The translations under genes and the position numbers were made by a program. DNA of 61,443 nucleotides, counting the filler. It is 9 parts of 9 records of this genome, joined end to end, with 100 filler letters (N's around TTAATTAATTAA, not from the genome) between each part and the next. Parts side by side here need not be neighbours in the genome. Positions count along the whole stretch, not along the records: positions 1 to 5,352 come from SRR31147125_91358; positions 5,453 to 13,925 come from SRR31147125_91451; 7 more parts are not named here. One strand, given 5' to 3'. This document shows, piece by piece, positions 1-11,159 of the stretch (its first letter is position 1; each line of letters opens with the position of its first letter). The notes beneath the pieces are model-generated. The model was given only the letters and a program-made list of their open reading frames with translations, did not search any database and had not been told where the DNA came from.

Positions 1-3000
1 ATGCCTTATATTTTCAACACCTATGCCGGTGGATGGGCCTGCAGCTCCGGGTTCAATCCATGTTCCTGTATTGGATATGGTCAATTTAAGCCTGCCGGGT
101 TTGGATAATTCTGCACGGATTCCCACGTCAAGGCGATCCGGGCTGGTTAGCTGGCCGTATTTTACGGCGTTTTCCACCAGGGGATGAATGATCAAGGCGG
201 GAATTTCAATCTCCCCTGCCCCGGGTTCAATCTCAATGGAGACCTTAAGGTAGTCGTTAAAGCGCATCTCCTCCATCACAAGGTAGTGACGGACGATCTC
301 CATCTCCCGGTTGACGGTCTGGCTGAGTACCGCCTCCCTGGAGAGGGCCAGGCGGCAGAATTCGGCCAGATGGGAAACCATCCGGCGGGCCGCCTCTCCG
401 TCTGCGGCAATGGCGCCGCGGATTGATGAAAGGGCATTAAAAAGAAAATGGGGGTTCAGCTGGTAACGAAGCATCTCAATCCTTGCCTTTTCCTCCTGAA
501 ATTTGGCCCTCTCTTTTTGCTGTTTCTGCTCTTCAAGCTCCCTTTGGAGCCTTTGATTATCCAAAACGGTTTCATAGGCCTTTTTCAGGCTCAGGTGGCA
601 GTTGACCCTGGCTATAAGTTCATCCCGTGAAAAGGGCTTTGACAGATAATCGTTGGCCCCGGCCCTATATCCTTCCTTCAGGTCCGCCACCCGGTTTTTT
701 GCAGTGAGCATGATAACAGGCAGTTCCGAAGGGGTAAATTTTTTGCGGAGCCGGCGGCAGACCTCGTAGCCGGTCATTTTCGGCATCATGATATCCAGGA
801 GAAGAACCTGGGGCTTTTGGCCGGATTCAATCCGCTTTAATGCCTCTATGCCGTCCGGCGCAGTACCAAAAGAGATGTTTTCAAGACAAAGATAATTTGC
901 CACCACCTGGAGATTGACCGGGTCGTCGTCCACCACAAGGACCTGGCAGGATGCGGGGCCTGACTGACCCATGTCTGAAATGGCGGGCCGCTCATATCCC
1001 GGGAAAACCATATGATTTTCACAAAGGCCATCGGGTTTTTGGGAAACTTGGGCAAAATTGGTTGTATCCCCGGGGCTCACCGGCATGGTGAAAAAATGTT
1101 GAGCCTTTACCGAAGGTTGATTCCACGCGGATGCGGCCGCCATGAAGTTCCACAAGGTGCCTGGTAATGGAAAGGCCCAGGCCTGTTCCCTGAAACTGCC
1201 GTGAGGGTCCTGAATCCGCCTGTTCAAAGGCGCAAAAGACTTTTTCAAACTGATCCTTGCGGATGCCGATGCCGGTGTCCGACACCCATATCTCCACCAT
1301 ATCCCCTTTTTGCTCTGCCCCCACCCGAACTTCCCCCTGGTCCGTAAATTTGACGGCATTGCCGATCAGGTTATAAAGGATCTGCTGGAGCCTGTTCTCA
1401 TCCCCCAGCACATGGGGAATATTTTCAGGAATGGTTTGGGTAAGCTTCAGGGCCTTGGTGCCCGCCATGGTCCCTATGACATACAGCACCCCGTTGACCA
1501 GGGTCTTTATATCCACCGGCTTTTTGACAAGCGTGATGTCCCTGTTTTTAAGTTTTGAAAAATCCATGATCTCGTCCACCAGCCCGGCCAGGCGTTTGGC
1601 GCTTGATAATATCATGGACAGGTTGGCAACCGCCTTTTGGGGCACCCTGCCTGCCGCCCCGGCAATCAGGGATTCTGCAATACCCATAATCCCGTGCAGG
1701 GGGGTGCGAAGTTCATGGGAGGTGTTGGCCAGAAACGCATCCTTGACCTGGTCCATGCGGCGCAGGGCGATATTCTTTTGCTCAAGTTCCATGGAGAGCC
1801 TGTTGACCTTTTGAAAGGCGTCGGCAAAGCGGGAGGATAATAAAAATGATTGGGAAAAAACCAGGCAGAAGACCCCGAAGGGCACACACTTTACGGCGTA
1901 AAAGATGCGGTTGACAATGAGAATGTCAATCACTGCGGTGCATCCGAATACGGCAATTCCGGTTAAAAGAATCCGGGCGCCCTTTTGCCTCTGCCTGAGC
2001 GCTGCTGCCAGAATAATCAGTATAAACCCGATGTTCAAAAGAATGATTACCTGGGCGGGCATCACCAGATGGCTGGATATGCGGGCGGGAACCAGAAGGG
2101 TGATCAGACTTAAGGCCGCCCAGGTGCCGATGAACAGGTATTGGACGGCAATTGATTTTTGCAGGTTGAAAACAGAGGTGACAAATAACAATAATACCGG
2201 CAGGGGGATCATCATGGAAAGCAGTTCCACCTTGTACAACAACTCCCATGACCCATTGGGAAATACCAGGGTAAAATAGTAATTGCCTGTCACCATGACC
2301 CTTGCGGCAATGACCAGGGTGAAGGCGGCAAAGTAGAGGGTGGAAGGGTCCTCTCTGCGCAGATAATAGAGGCAAGAATGATAGAGCCCCATGATCAAGA
2401 GGCTGCCGAACAAAAGCAGGTCAAAGATAAATTGCAGGTTGTGCAGGGATTTGATTTGAGAGGCCGTCCCCAGACGGATGGGGCTCCAGGCACCGCCGTT
2501 TTTATGGTTGAAGTTAGCAACCTGGAGAACCATGTCCAGGACAGGACCTTTTTCAAAAAAAGAAACCTCCTGGAGCAGATACTGGGGGACTGCGGCCTCA
2601 GGACTTTTGCCCACAACCCCGTTGCGGGCGACGAGTTTGCCGTTTATCCAGAGGGCATAGGCTGAGGATTGGTTAAGGATGCGCACACCCATTGGACTTT
2701 CATCCGGGGTGATTTTCACTTTCAACCGGAATGTGGCAAAGCCGTCACCGGAAAGGGCACTTCCATGGGGCCCGCTTTGGTTCCAGCACCCCGGCACAGA
2801 GAAATAAATCATTGGAGAAGCGGGGTCGGCAGCTGAAAAATCTTCAGGAAAAAGGAGCTGCCCCCAATAGAATGCCCACTCCCCGTTCAGATTCAGGCTG
2901 CCGTCCTGGCTGAGGTCCCATGATCTTAAGTCTAAAACGCCCTTTAAGGCCACAGGCGCCTCACGGGTATTCCGAGCACATCCTGTCAGTACCATGAGAG

Positions 3001-3031
3001 CAAGTAAAAATAGAAAAGAGAACCGTTTCAT
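1..3031 (-). CDS. Hybrid sensor kinase: 7TM-DISM sensor + HisKA/HATPase + REC + LytS-type His_kinase/HATPase; frameshift at ~1091-1096; runs off window start
   Basis: ORF 1019-3163 has a lipobox-like N-terminus (MKRFSFLFLLALMVLTGC, ATG at 3031), several TM helices, ANTSHELRTPL, NLIGNAVKFT and GTGLGL. After the A6 run at 1091-1096, another frame continues TMPV...VLVVDDDPVN...LLDIMMP...KPF (REC), then YQLNPHFLFNAL...PLVENAVKYG...GIGVENI to position 1 with no stop. Confidence 0.88.
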
Positions 3032-3257
3032 TTCCAACCCAGGAGCCATTGAATCTTTTAAGTGCCGCAGATGAAGATATAGATTAATTTCCAATGTTTG
3101 TAAAAAAAAATCTGAAAGCGCCCTTTTGGGCATCGAGTAAAAATAACTGGCCGCCTTTCCCACTGCCGTTTATCACAAATTTCCTGCCGCCTGTCACAAA
3201 TCCGTTGATTTGCAGCCCATCCAAATATAAATGGGGAGCAAAAGGAGGAAATAAGTC

Positions 3258-3944
3258 ATGATCAAAAGATTTTTAGCAGGAACGGCAATCGTGGTTTTTC
3301 TTTTCGGCATGGCCGGCCCGGCAGATGCCGCATTAACCAAAATCGGGGTGGCGGAATATGACAAGGGTCCGTATTACGCCATGATTTATGATGACACCCT
3401 GGATCTTGTCTGGCTTGACTACACCAGCCCTTCAGACACCTGGCAGGACCAGGATAGATGGGCAAAAGGCCTTGGCAATGTGTTGACCTATTATTGGTTT
3501 TCCGGCTACGAAAATTTTGAGTGGACAGAAGATAACTGGCGTCTGCCAAGCGCCGGAGAGAGTCCTCAAGAGGGTTACAATCAAACCGGATCGGATATGG
3601 GGCATCTCTATTATAATGGGCTGGGGCTAAAAACTTATCCAGATCGGGGATATACACCGGTAACAGATGCTGAATTAAACCAGACTGAATTCAACAATTT
3701 AAGTGCGGGCCGGTACTGGTCCGGTACGAAGCAAGCTGGTGATCCGTACGATGCCTGGTTCTTCGGCATGGACGAAGGCTACCAGGTCGAAGAGGACATC
3801 TTATTGGACTGCTTCGGGTTAGCCGTTCGCAAGGGACAAATTTCAACGGTGCCAGTGCCCGGAGCAATCTGGCTGCTCGGTTCCGGACTGGCGGGCCTGA
3901 CTCTTCTCAGGCGGAAAAAAAGATATTTTCAAGCCCCATTTTAA
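3258..3944 (+). CDS. Secreted VPLPA/PEP-CTERM-sorted protein with DUF1566 (Lcl-like) domain
   Basis: AGGAGG RBS, signal peptide, WRLPS and YWSGT...AWFF motifs, C-terminal VPVPGAIWLLGSGLAGLTLLRRKK. Confidence 0.8.
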   Translation: MIKRFLAGTAIVVFLFGMAGPADAALTKIGVAEYDKGPYYAMIYDDTLDLVWLDYTSPSDTWQDQDRWAKGLGNVLTYYWFSGYENFEWTEDNWRLPSAGESPQEGYNQTGSDMGHLYYNGLGLKTYPDRGYTPVTDAELNQTEFNNLSAGRYWSGTKQAGDPYDAWFFGMDEGYQVEEDILLDCFGLAVRKGQISTVPVPGAIWLLGSGLAGLTLLRRKKRYFQAPF

Positions 3945-4138
3945 CGGCCATACCGGTGTCGGCAGGGCGCCGTCCGGTGGTCAAACGGTGAATATACCTA
4001 TATCCCGGAAAATTTCCGGAACGATCATAATATCTACTGCCAGGTCAACACATCAACGTCCCAAAATGACGTCAACATTCTTGAGGAAGGCAACAGCATC
4101 TTTGCCGGTCCTGCCATGGTGATGCCCTTCTCCCCCCC

Positions 4139-4331
4139 GATCCCGTCATTGACACTTGGTTCACCATTGTGGCGGAGTGTCTTCTTCAGCCGGATTCTCC
4201 GGCCATTGATGGGGGCAGGGATCTTTCTTCAGGGAGCCCTGGTCGGGCATATCCCCTCAGTGGATTTGACCGGTGAACATATCCGGGCCATGGCTGCCAG
4301 GTTCGGCAGTTGCGAAGAAAACCAGGGATGA
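4139..4331 (+). pseudogene. Degraded fragment resembling a choice-of-anchor Q / beta-helix protein C-terminus
   Basis: One frame reads DPV...LLQPDSPAIDGG; the adjacent frame reads DLTGEHIR...GSCE. Confidence 0.35.
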
Positions 4332-4375
4332 AAATAGTGAGGTGCCGAAATTTCTTTTTTACCTGAAAAACTGTC

Positions 4376-4404
4376 TTGACAGCCAAATCAAGTGTCATTA
4401 GGTT
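4376..4404 (+). promoter_or_regulatory. Putative sigma70 promoter for the AraC gene
   Basis: TTGACA (4376-4381), 17 nt, TAGGTT (4399-4404); followed by the TTAATC-N5-GATTAA palindrome at 4403-4419. Confidence 0.45.
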
Positions 4405-4445
4405 AATCTTTTTGATTAATAAAGAATTCTTAATTCATAACGGCC

Positions 4446-5352
4446 ATGAACCAGAGGACACAAATACCTGATTTCCATCCCTCCCGACTACCGGCATACT
4501 TTGGCTCAAAACAGGAAACTATTTTCTTACGGCCGGGGATAACACTCATCACAGAGTGATTTTTGTCTGACAGAACAGGTAAATTTTGACTTTTGCTCCA
4601 GCCGGGACGTCTGCGAGTTTGCCTTTCTCCTTTCCGGAAAATTCAACCACCGCTTCTGCGGTCTGGGAGAAGATGTGAATATGCCCCCCTCTCAGCGGCC
4701 CTCTGGCTGACCCCTGGGCTTGAAGGCCGACACGACTGTTTTCCGGATTCACCGATCTCTTTTGTATGTGTAAGGATTCACCGTTCCCTGCTCTCCGAGA
4801 TTGCAGGGGACTTCCTGGTTCAGGCCCCTGAAGATTTCCGCCTTATCCTTGAAAACAAGGAAGACCGGCTCTATTACCGGTTTTCCAGAATGACCATTCC
4901 CATGGAGTCGGCAGTGCGCCAGGTCTTTCAATGCCCCTACCAGGGCACCATGAAAAAACTATTTCTTGAAGCCAAGGCCCTGGAATTGATATCCCATCTC
5001 ATGGCCTTTCATTTCAGCGGGCAGGATACGTCCCAGGCCCTTAAGGACAAAAAAGAGATCGAGCGCGCCCGGGACATCCTTGTGGCCCATATGGAAAAGC
5101 CCCTGCCCCTTTCTAAGCTTGCCCAAGCTGCGGGAATCAGCGAAACCCGCCTGACCCGGGGGTTCCGCAAGGTTTACGGCGACTCGGTCTTCGGATATTT
5201 ACGCCGCCTCCGCCTTGAAAAGGCACGCATGCTCCTGGAATCAGGGGATATGACCATTACGGACGTCGCCTTTGCCGTGGGGTTTTCCAGCCCGAGCCAT
5301 TTTACCCGCTCTTTTTCAGCCCGCTTTGGTTTGACGCCCAGGGCCTTTTTTC
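4446..5352 (+). CDS. AraC-family transcriptional regulator (PchR-like); N-terminal part frameshifted, truncated by gap
   Basis: ATG at 4446 with frame changes near 4550 and 4700; LEAKALEL, then LAQAAGISETRLTRGFRKVYG...VGFSSPSHFTRSFSARFGLTP double HTH. Confidence 0.85.
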
Positions 5353-5452
5353 NNNNNNNNNNNNNNNNNNNNNNNNNNNNNNNNNNNNNNNNNNNNTTAA
5401 TTAATTAANNNNNNNNNNNNNNNNNNNNNNNNNNNNNNNNNNNNNNNNNNNN
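5353..5452. other. Artificial contig linker
   Basis: N44-TTAATTAATTAA-N44, with stops in all six frames. Confidence 0.99.
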
Positions 5453-5549
5453 AGCAGACTTCTTTCAGCAGCCCCCGAAGGACTCCTTTCAAAAGAAAGA
5501 AAGCCAGGACCACCAGTATGCAGATATCAACCAGTCCCAATGTCGTCAC
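5453..5549 (-). CDS. cvpA: CvpA family (colicin V production) protein, 5' fragment
   Basis: GTG start with GGAG RBS; MTTLGLVDICILVVLAFFLLKGVLRGLLKEVC; lies downstream of yqeY; not in the ORF track. Confidence 0.75.
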
Positions 5550-5564
5550 CAACTCCGACAGGGA

Positions 5565-6008
5565 TCAGGACAGTTGTTCACGAACGATCTGATTGACAGC
5601 TTTACCGTCTGCAGCCCCTTTAGTCCGTGCCATGACCTGAGGCATCACTTTGCCCATATCCTTCATCGACGAAGCGCCAACCGCGGCAATCACCTCGGTG
5701 ACGATAACGCGCAGCTCATCCTCTCCCAGTTGTGCCGGCAGATACTGCTGCAGGACCTCAAGTTCGGCCTCTTCTTTGGCTGCCAGCTCAGGGCGCTCGT
5801 TTTCGCTGTACATCTGGGCGGCCTCACGGCGTTGCTTCACCAGGGTTCCGATCACGCTGATAACAGCGTCATCATCAAGCTCCTGCCCCTTTTCAATCTC
5901 TTTATTTTTTATCGCGCTACGGAGCTGACGGATCGTGCTGAGGCGCTCTGACTGCTTCGCCTTCATCGCTTCCTTCATGTCCTGTGTCAGCTGATCTTTT
6001 AAGCTCAT
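5565..6008 (-). CDS. yqeY: GatB/YqeY domain protein
   Basis: MSLKDQLTQDMKEAMKAK...YLPAQL...KDMGKVM...GAADGK. Confidence 0.93.
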   Translation of the reverse strand: MSLKDQLTQDMKEAMKAKQSERLSTIRQLRSAIKNKEIEKGQELDDDAVISVIGTLVKQRREAAQMYSENERPELAAKEEAELEVLQQYLPAQLGEDELRVIVTEVIAAVGASSMKDMGKVMPQVMARTKGAADGKAVNQIVREQLS

Positions 6009-6236
6009 GATATCCCCTTCCGGGCGCTGGTCGTCATACAAACGCAAAGAGGGTGCCTGGAGATTTCCGGCACCCACAAGGACGATACACGAACAGAACA
6101 AAAGCTATCTGTCCGGATCAGAACAATTTAAACGAATTTGGCAGTATATTTATTCCACCCCCTGAAATCAAGAGAATCTTTGCCCTTGCGAGGATATTTT
6201 CCGTTTAAAATCGTCGCGTCCGACTGTCTCAGAAAA

Positions 6237-6264
6237 TTGACAGCGCCCATATCAACGTTAAGCT
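6237..6264 (+). promoter_or_regulatory. Putative sigma70 promoter upstream of nfeD
   Basis: TTGACA-16nt-TAAGCT, ending 6 nt before the ATG at 6271. Confidence 0.4.
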
Positions 6265-6270
6265 AAAAGG

Positions 6271-7596
6271 ATGAGAGATATCTTCTGGCTAACATCCGCA
6301 GCAGTTGTGATTGTCATAATGGCTCTCTCCCCGAGCTTCGGATCATCACGCACCGTACGTCAACTCGACATTGCAACATCGATCAACCCTGTCTCTGCGT
6401 CCTTCATCAGAGAACAGATTACCGCAGCCAACACCCTCGGTGACGCCGCCCTCCTGATCCAGCTCGACACCCCCGGCGGGCTCGACAGCGCCATGCGCGA
6501 TGTGATCCAGGGGATCCTGAACTCTCAGATCCCGATTATTGTCCACGTCGGGCCACAGGGCGCACGGGCAGCTTCTGCTGGGGCTTTGATCACCCTGGCC
6601 GCCGATTTTGCCTCTATGGCCCCCGGAACAAACATCGGGGCCGCCCACCCTGTATCCATCAGCCCCGGAAACCAGCCGGACAACACGATGATGAAGAAGG
6701 TCGAAAACGATGCGGCCGCCTACGCCCGAAGCCTGGCTCAGAAGCGTGGCCGCAACGCCGACTGGGCGGAAGAGATCGTCCGGGAAAGCATATCGTCATC
6801 AGCCGAAGATGCCATTTCCCTGTCGGTTATCGACCTGATTGCCGACAGCCCTCGTGATCTGCTCGACAAGTTGGACGGATACAAATACATCCGCAATGGA
6901 AAGGCTATCGTCTTTGCCACCTCCGACTTAAGCCTCAACCCGATTGACATGCATTGGCGTCAGAAAATCCTCAACGCCCTGAGCAACCCGAACATCGCCT
7001 ACCTGCTGATGATGCTTGGGATTATCGGTATTTTCTTTGAGATCTCTCAGCCGGGCGTCGTCTTTCCCGGAGCGATTGGAGCCCTCTCAATTCTTCTCGC
7101 CCTGTTTGCATTTTCATCCCTTCCGGTCAATTACATCGGCGTTCTTCTGATTCTGCTCGCCTTCGTTCTCTTTATTCTGGAAGTGAAAGTTATTTCTTTC
7201 GGCATGCTCTCTGTCGGCGGAGTCATTGCCATGGGCCTCGGATCGCTGATGCTGATCGACAGCAGCGAACCCTATCTGCAGATTTCCAAAGCTGTCATTG
7301 CGGCAACCGTCCTCACCTGTTCCGGCTTTATCCTGCTTGCGCTTTCAATGGTTGTCAAAACCCAGCGCCAGCCCACCACCTCCGGCCGCGAGGGAATGGT
7401 CGGTGACATTGGGGAAGTCATCGAGGAGTTGAACCTAAATGGGAAAGTGTTCGTCCACGGAGAATACTGGCAGGCATACTCCGATCATCCGATCCCATCC
7501 GGTTCAGATATCAGGGTTATTGAACTCCTCGACGGACTCAAACTGAAAGTGGAAAAAGTTGAGGAAAAAACGCCTGACACGCGAAAGGAGAATTAA
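6271..7596 (+). CDS. nfeD: NfeD long-form membrane-bound serine protease (ClpP-like + TM + OB fold)
   Basis: LDTPGG, ARAASAG, PGTNIGAAHPV, GKVFVHGEYW. Confidence 0.93.
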   Translation: MRDIFWLTSAAVVIVIMALSPSFGSSRTVRQLDIATSINPVSASFIREQITAANTLGDAALLIQLDTPGGLDSAMRDVIQGILNSQIPIIVHVGPQGARAASAGALITLAADFASMAPGTNIGAAHPVSISPGNQPDNTMMKKVENDAAAYARSLAQKRGRNADWAEEIVRESISSSAEDAISLSVIDLIADSPRDLLDKLDGYKYIRNGKAIVFATSDLSLNPIDMHWRQKILNALSNPNIAYLLMMLGIIGIFFEISQPGVVFPGAIGALSILLALFAFSSLPVNYIGVLLILLAFVLFILEVKVISFGMLSVGGVIAMGLGSLMLIDSSEPYLQISKAVIAATVLTCSGFILLALSMVVKTQRQPTTSGREGMVGDIGEVIEELNLNGKVFVHGEYWQAYSDHPIPSGSDIRVIELLDGLKLKVEKVEEKTPDTRKEN

Positions 7597-8364
7597 ATGT
7601 TTGGACTGGGATTCAGCATATTCTGGATCATCGCGCTTGTTCTGATTCTTGCCATCGTCGCCTCTGCGGTCCGCATTCTTTTGGAATACGAACGTGGTGT
7701 TGTTTTCCGCCTCGGGCGCTATTCCAGCGTCAAGGGGCCAGGGCTGAAATTCATCATTCCGATTATCGACCAGATGAAAAAGGTCAACTTGAGAACCGTG
7801 GCCATGGACGTCCCCCCTCAGGACATTATCACCCGCGACAACGTGTCAATGAAAGTGAACGCCGTTCTCTATTTCCGTGTTGTCTTTCCGGAGAAAGCCT
7901 TGATCGAAGTCGATAATTACCTTTACGCAACCAGTCAATTGGCACAGACCTCCCTGCGCAGCGTCCTGGGTCAGGTTGAACTGGACGACCTGCTGGCACA
8001 ACGCGACAAGATCAACCATAACCTGCAGGAGATTCTTGATCGTCAGACGGATCCATGGGGCGTCAAAATTTCAAACGTCGAGATCAAACATGTCGATCTT
8101 CCATCTGAAATGCAAAGGGCCATGGCGCGACAAGCCGAGGCTGAAAGAGAGCGGCGCGCCAAAGTCATACATGCTGATGGCGAATATGAAGCGTCAAAAA
8201 CCCTGGCCAACGCCGCTGAGCAGATCTCATCGCAGTCGGGAGCTCTACAGCTGAGATTCCTGCAGACGATGACCGAGATCGCGACAGAGAAAAACTCGAC
8301 CATCCTGTTTCCCATGCCGCTCGATCTGCTGAAACCTTTCCTGAAAGAAAACAGCGACAAATAA
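7597..8364 (+). CDS. Slipin / stomatin-like SPFH protein
   Basis: [37 protein letters not shown]; abuts nfeD. Confidence 0.93.
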   Translation: MFGLGFSIFWIIALVLILAIVASAVRILLEYERGVVFRLGRYSSVKGPGLKFIIPIIDQMKKVNLRTVAMDVPPQDIITRDNVSMKVNAVLYFRVVFPEKALIEVDNYLYATSQLAQTSLRSVLGQVELDDLLAQRDKINHNLQEILDRQTDPWGVKISNVEIKHVDLPSEMQRAMARQAEAERERRAKVIHADGEYEASKTLANAAEQISSQSGALQLRFLQTMTEIATEKNSTILFPMPLDLLKPFLKENSDK

Positions 8365-8367
8365 CAC

Positions 8368-8402
8368 AAAAAAGGGCCCCGAAATGGGGCCCTGTCTGTT
8401 TT
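8368..8402. terminator. Bidirectional intrinsic terminator
   Basis: AGGGCCCC-gaaat-GGGGCCCT hairpin with an A-tract on the left, between convergent genes. Confidence 0.8.
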
Positions 8403-8420
8403 ACATAGAGGAATCAGATT

Positions 8421-9485
8421 CTATTGAGGGATGGTTCCCTGCACACCATCAATGAAGAAATTCATGCTCAACAGCTCCTTATCAGAAAAAGACTTTCCTT
8501 CTTCCAGAACAACCTTGCCATCCTGGCCCTTGATCGGGCCGGAGAATATCCTCATTTTGTGATTAACAATTGCCTGTTTCTTCTCCGCGACCAGGTCACG
8601 GATCTTCTGCGGCACTTTATCGCTGATCGGCGCCAGCTTTACGATATCGGTCTCCATACCCCACCAGATCTCTTCCGACTTCCAGGTTCCCTCGTGAACC
8701 TCGGTTGCGATCTGCTTGTAGAGAACGCCCCAGTTCCAGATCGGTGCGGTCAAAAAGGCTTTGGGTGCAAACTGACTCATATCGGAATCATTACCGACCG
8801 CATAGGCACCACGCGCTTCGGCTGCCTGCAGAGTCGCCGGGGTATCCTGATGCATCGACAGAACGTCCGCACCAACATCCAGCAGAGAATCAGCCGCGCT
8901 TCTCTCCAGGCCCGGATCGAACCAGGTCTGGGTCCAGACGACCTTAACCTCGACATCCGGATTCACTTCATGAACGCCAAGAGTAAACGCATTGATCCCG
9001 CGAATAACTTCAGGGATCGGGTAAGCGGCAACATAGCCGATGATGTTTGATTTCGTCATCGCACCGGCAACGATCCCGGACAGGTATTTGCCCTGATAGA
9101 AGCGACCGAAGTAATTCCCCATATTCTCAGACAGTTTATAGCCTGAGCAATGCTCAAAGACGACGTCCTTGAAGCGCTTTGAAACTTCCAGCGTCGGGTC
9201 CATAAACCCGAAACTTGTCGTGAAAATCAGATTATGCCCTTTGTTGGCCAGGCCCATGATAACGCGTGTCGCGTCGGCCCCTTCCGGAACCGATTCGATA
9301 TAGGTGCTCTTTTTGACAAACGGCAGAGTCTCCATCTCAACCCGGCCCTGATCATGAGCAAAGGTCCAGCCACCATCACCAACAGGTCCGACATAAACAA
9401 ACGCAGCTTTAATATCCTTGGCGAACGCGGCAGTCGACACACACAAACTGATGGCGATCACCAGAAAAACGACAATTCTCTTCAT
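8421..9485 (-). CDS. BMP-family ABC substrate-binding protein (purine/nucleoside type)
   Basis: FVYVGPVGDGGWTFAHDQG, IFTTSFGF, IPEVIRGINAFTLG. Confidence 0.9.
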   Translation of the reverse strand: MKRIVVFLVIAISLCVSTAAFAKDIKAAFVYVGPVGDGGWTFAHDQGRVEMETLPFVKKSTYIESVPEGADATRVIMGLANKGHNLIFTTSFGFMDPTLEVSKRFKDVVFEHCSGYKLSENMGNYFGRFYQGKYLSGIVAGAMTKSNIIGYVAAYPIPEVIRGINAFTLGVHEVNPDVEVKVVWTQTWFDPGLERSAADSLLDVGADVLSMHQDTPATLQAAEARGAYAVGNDSDMSQFAPKAFLTAPIWNWGVLYKQIATEVHEGTWKSEEIWWGMETDIVKLAPISDKVPQKIRDLVAEKKQAIVNHKMRIFSGPIKGQDGKVVLEEGKSFSDKELLSMNFFIDGVQGTIPQ

Positions 9486-9544
9486 TACAGCTTCCTCCTG
9501 AATGGATAATCAACCGACGATCAAGTAAACATGCACATAAGAGT

Positions 9545-9895
9545 CTATTCGTATTGAACAGGAACGGCACAAATAAATTTCAAATCCTGCGAATCGGACG
9601 TATTCCGATACTGATGTTTCTCGTTCGGCTCGACGAAACCGAAATCACCCGCCTTGACCGGATGTTGATTTCCATCGACATCAACCAGAACACCTTCCCC
9701 CTGAATGACATAGTTCAGATGTTCCGACTCATGCACGTGATAAGGGGTATTCCCACCCGGCTCCACAGTAAAAACACGAAAGGAAAAATTCGGCGCACCG
9801 TCTTCCTTGCCGACCGGAACCTGCTTGGCAACGCCGACGGCACCTTCCATCTGCATCGGCATTGATGGCAACTGATCTAATGAAGCAACTTTCAT
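9545..9895 (-). CDS. Cupin domain protein
   Basis: PGGNTPYHVHESEH...PNEKHQYRN. Confidence 0.88.
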   Translation of the reverse strand: MKVASLDQLPSMPMQMEGAVGVAKQVPVGKEDGAPNFSFRVFTVEPGGNTPYHVHESEHLNYVIQGEGVLVDVDGNQHPVKAGDFGFVEPNEKHQYRNTSDSQDLKFICAVPVQYE

Positions 9896-10085
9896 AGGTA
9901 TCTCCTGTCTTTTATTGATGTTCTGTTCAGGCTAACAGAAAGCGAAAAGTGCAACAATCCCATTTCAAAAGAATCGACGACCATGGCTTGTTCTCAATTA
10001 AGATTTTATGATAAATTGCTGAAGATTTATCACTGCCAGCTTTTAATCCCACATAGGCAAGCACTTAAACCAAGGAGGAGAATCG

Positions 10086-11159
10086 ATGAATCCTGCCGCT
10101 CTGATTCCCACACCTGATGCCATCCCTGTGCCCTGGGGTTGGTTCTACATCCTGCTGATGTTGACATTCCTGCTCCATCTACTGGTCATGAATGCCATGC
10201 TCGGGGGTGGCATTATCGCCCTGATCAGTACGCTTAAAGGGGGCGAACAGAACATTCTGCTCAGTAAGGAATTCAGTTACAAATGGCCCTATACGATTGC
10301 ATTCGCAGTCAATATGGGGGTCGCCCCGCTGCTTTTTGTTCAGGTCATCTACGGCCAGTTCATCTACAGCAGCTCGATCCTGATGGCGGTCTGGTGGTTC
10401 TCTATTTTTGTCACACTGATTATTGCCTATTACAGTGCCTACATTTACGATTTCAAATTTGACAGTCTGGGCGGACTAAAAGTGTTTCTGATTGAAATTT
10501 CGGTCGGGATCCTGCTGATCATCGCTTTCTTCTTTACCAACAACATGACATTGATGCTGCAACCGGACAAATGGACCGCTTTCTTCAGCAACAGTGGCGG
10601 AACGATGCTGAACTTATCGGATCCAACGGTCATTCCACGTTACCTCCACTTTGTCGTTGGGGCTGTTGCTGTTGCTGGTCTTTATCTGGCCCTGATCGGC
10701 CACTTCAATTTCAACAAGAGCAAAGTCAACAAAGAAGCTCTGATTGAAAAAGGAATGAACTATTTCACCGTCGCAACCGGCATCCAGATTGTCATGGGGA
10801 TCTGGTTCCTGGTCAGCTTACCCAAAGATGTCATGATGCTGTTCATGGGACGGAGCGGATACGGCACCATCATGCTGCTGCTTGGCATTGCCCTCGCGTT
10901 CGTAGCACTCTATCTCGGCTACAAACAGCGGGTTGTTCAGACATCAGTTGTTGCGCTGGTTCTGTTAATCGACATGATCTTCATGCGGGATCTGGTGCGA
11001 GTTGCCTATCTGAAGCCTTACTTTCAGATGTCAGACCTGGTTGTGAAACCTGAGTATTCGCCTCTGATTTTCTTCCTGGTTGTCTTCGTTGCCGGCCTTG
11101 CCATGATTGCCTACATGCTGAAACTTGCCTTTGGTTGCCGTAAGGAGGTGACGAAATGA
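10086..11159 (+). CDS. Polytopic membrane protein, CydA/CydA'-like partner subunit
   Basis: About 9 hydrophobic helices; TFLLHLL, NMGVAPLLF, RYLHF; overlaps the next gene (ATGA). Confidence 0.6.
   Translation: MNPAALIPTPDAIPVPWGWFYILLMLTFLLHLLVMNAMLGGGIIALISTLKGGEQNILLSKEFSYKWPYTIAFAVNMGVAPLLFVQVIYGQFIYSSSILMAVWWFSIFVTLIIAYYSAYIYDFKFDSLGGLKVFLIEISVGILLIIAFFFTNNMTLMLQPDKWTAFFSNSGGTMLNLSDPTVIPRYLHFVVGAVAVAGLYLALIGHFNFNKSKVNKEALIEKGMNYFTVATGIQIVMGIWFLVSLPKDVMMLFMGRSGYGTIMLLLGIALAFVALYLGYKQRVVQTSVVALVLLIDMIFMRDLVRVAYLKPYFQMSDLVVKPEYSPLIFFLVVFVAGLAMIAYMLKLAFGCRKEVTK

Noticed and set aside
4410-4440. Fur box upstream of the PchR-like AraC
   Set aside because: AT-rich but a poor match to the consensus
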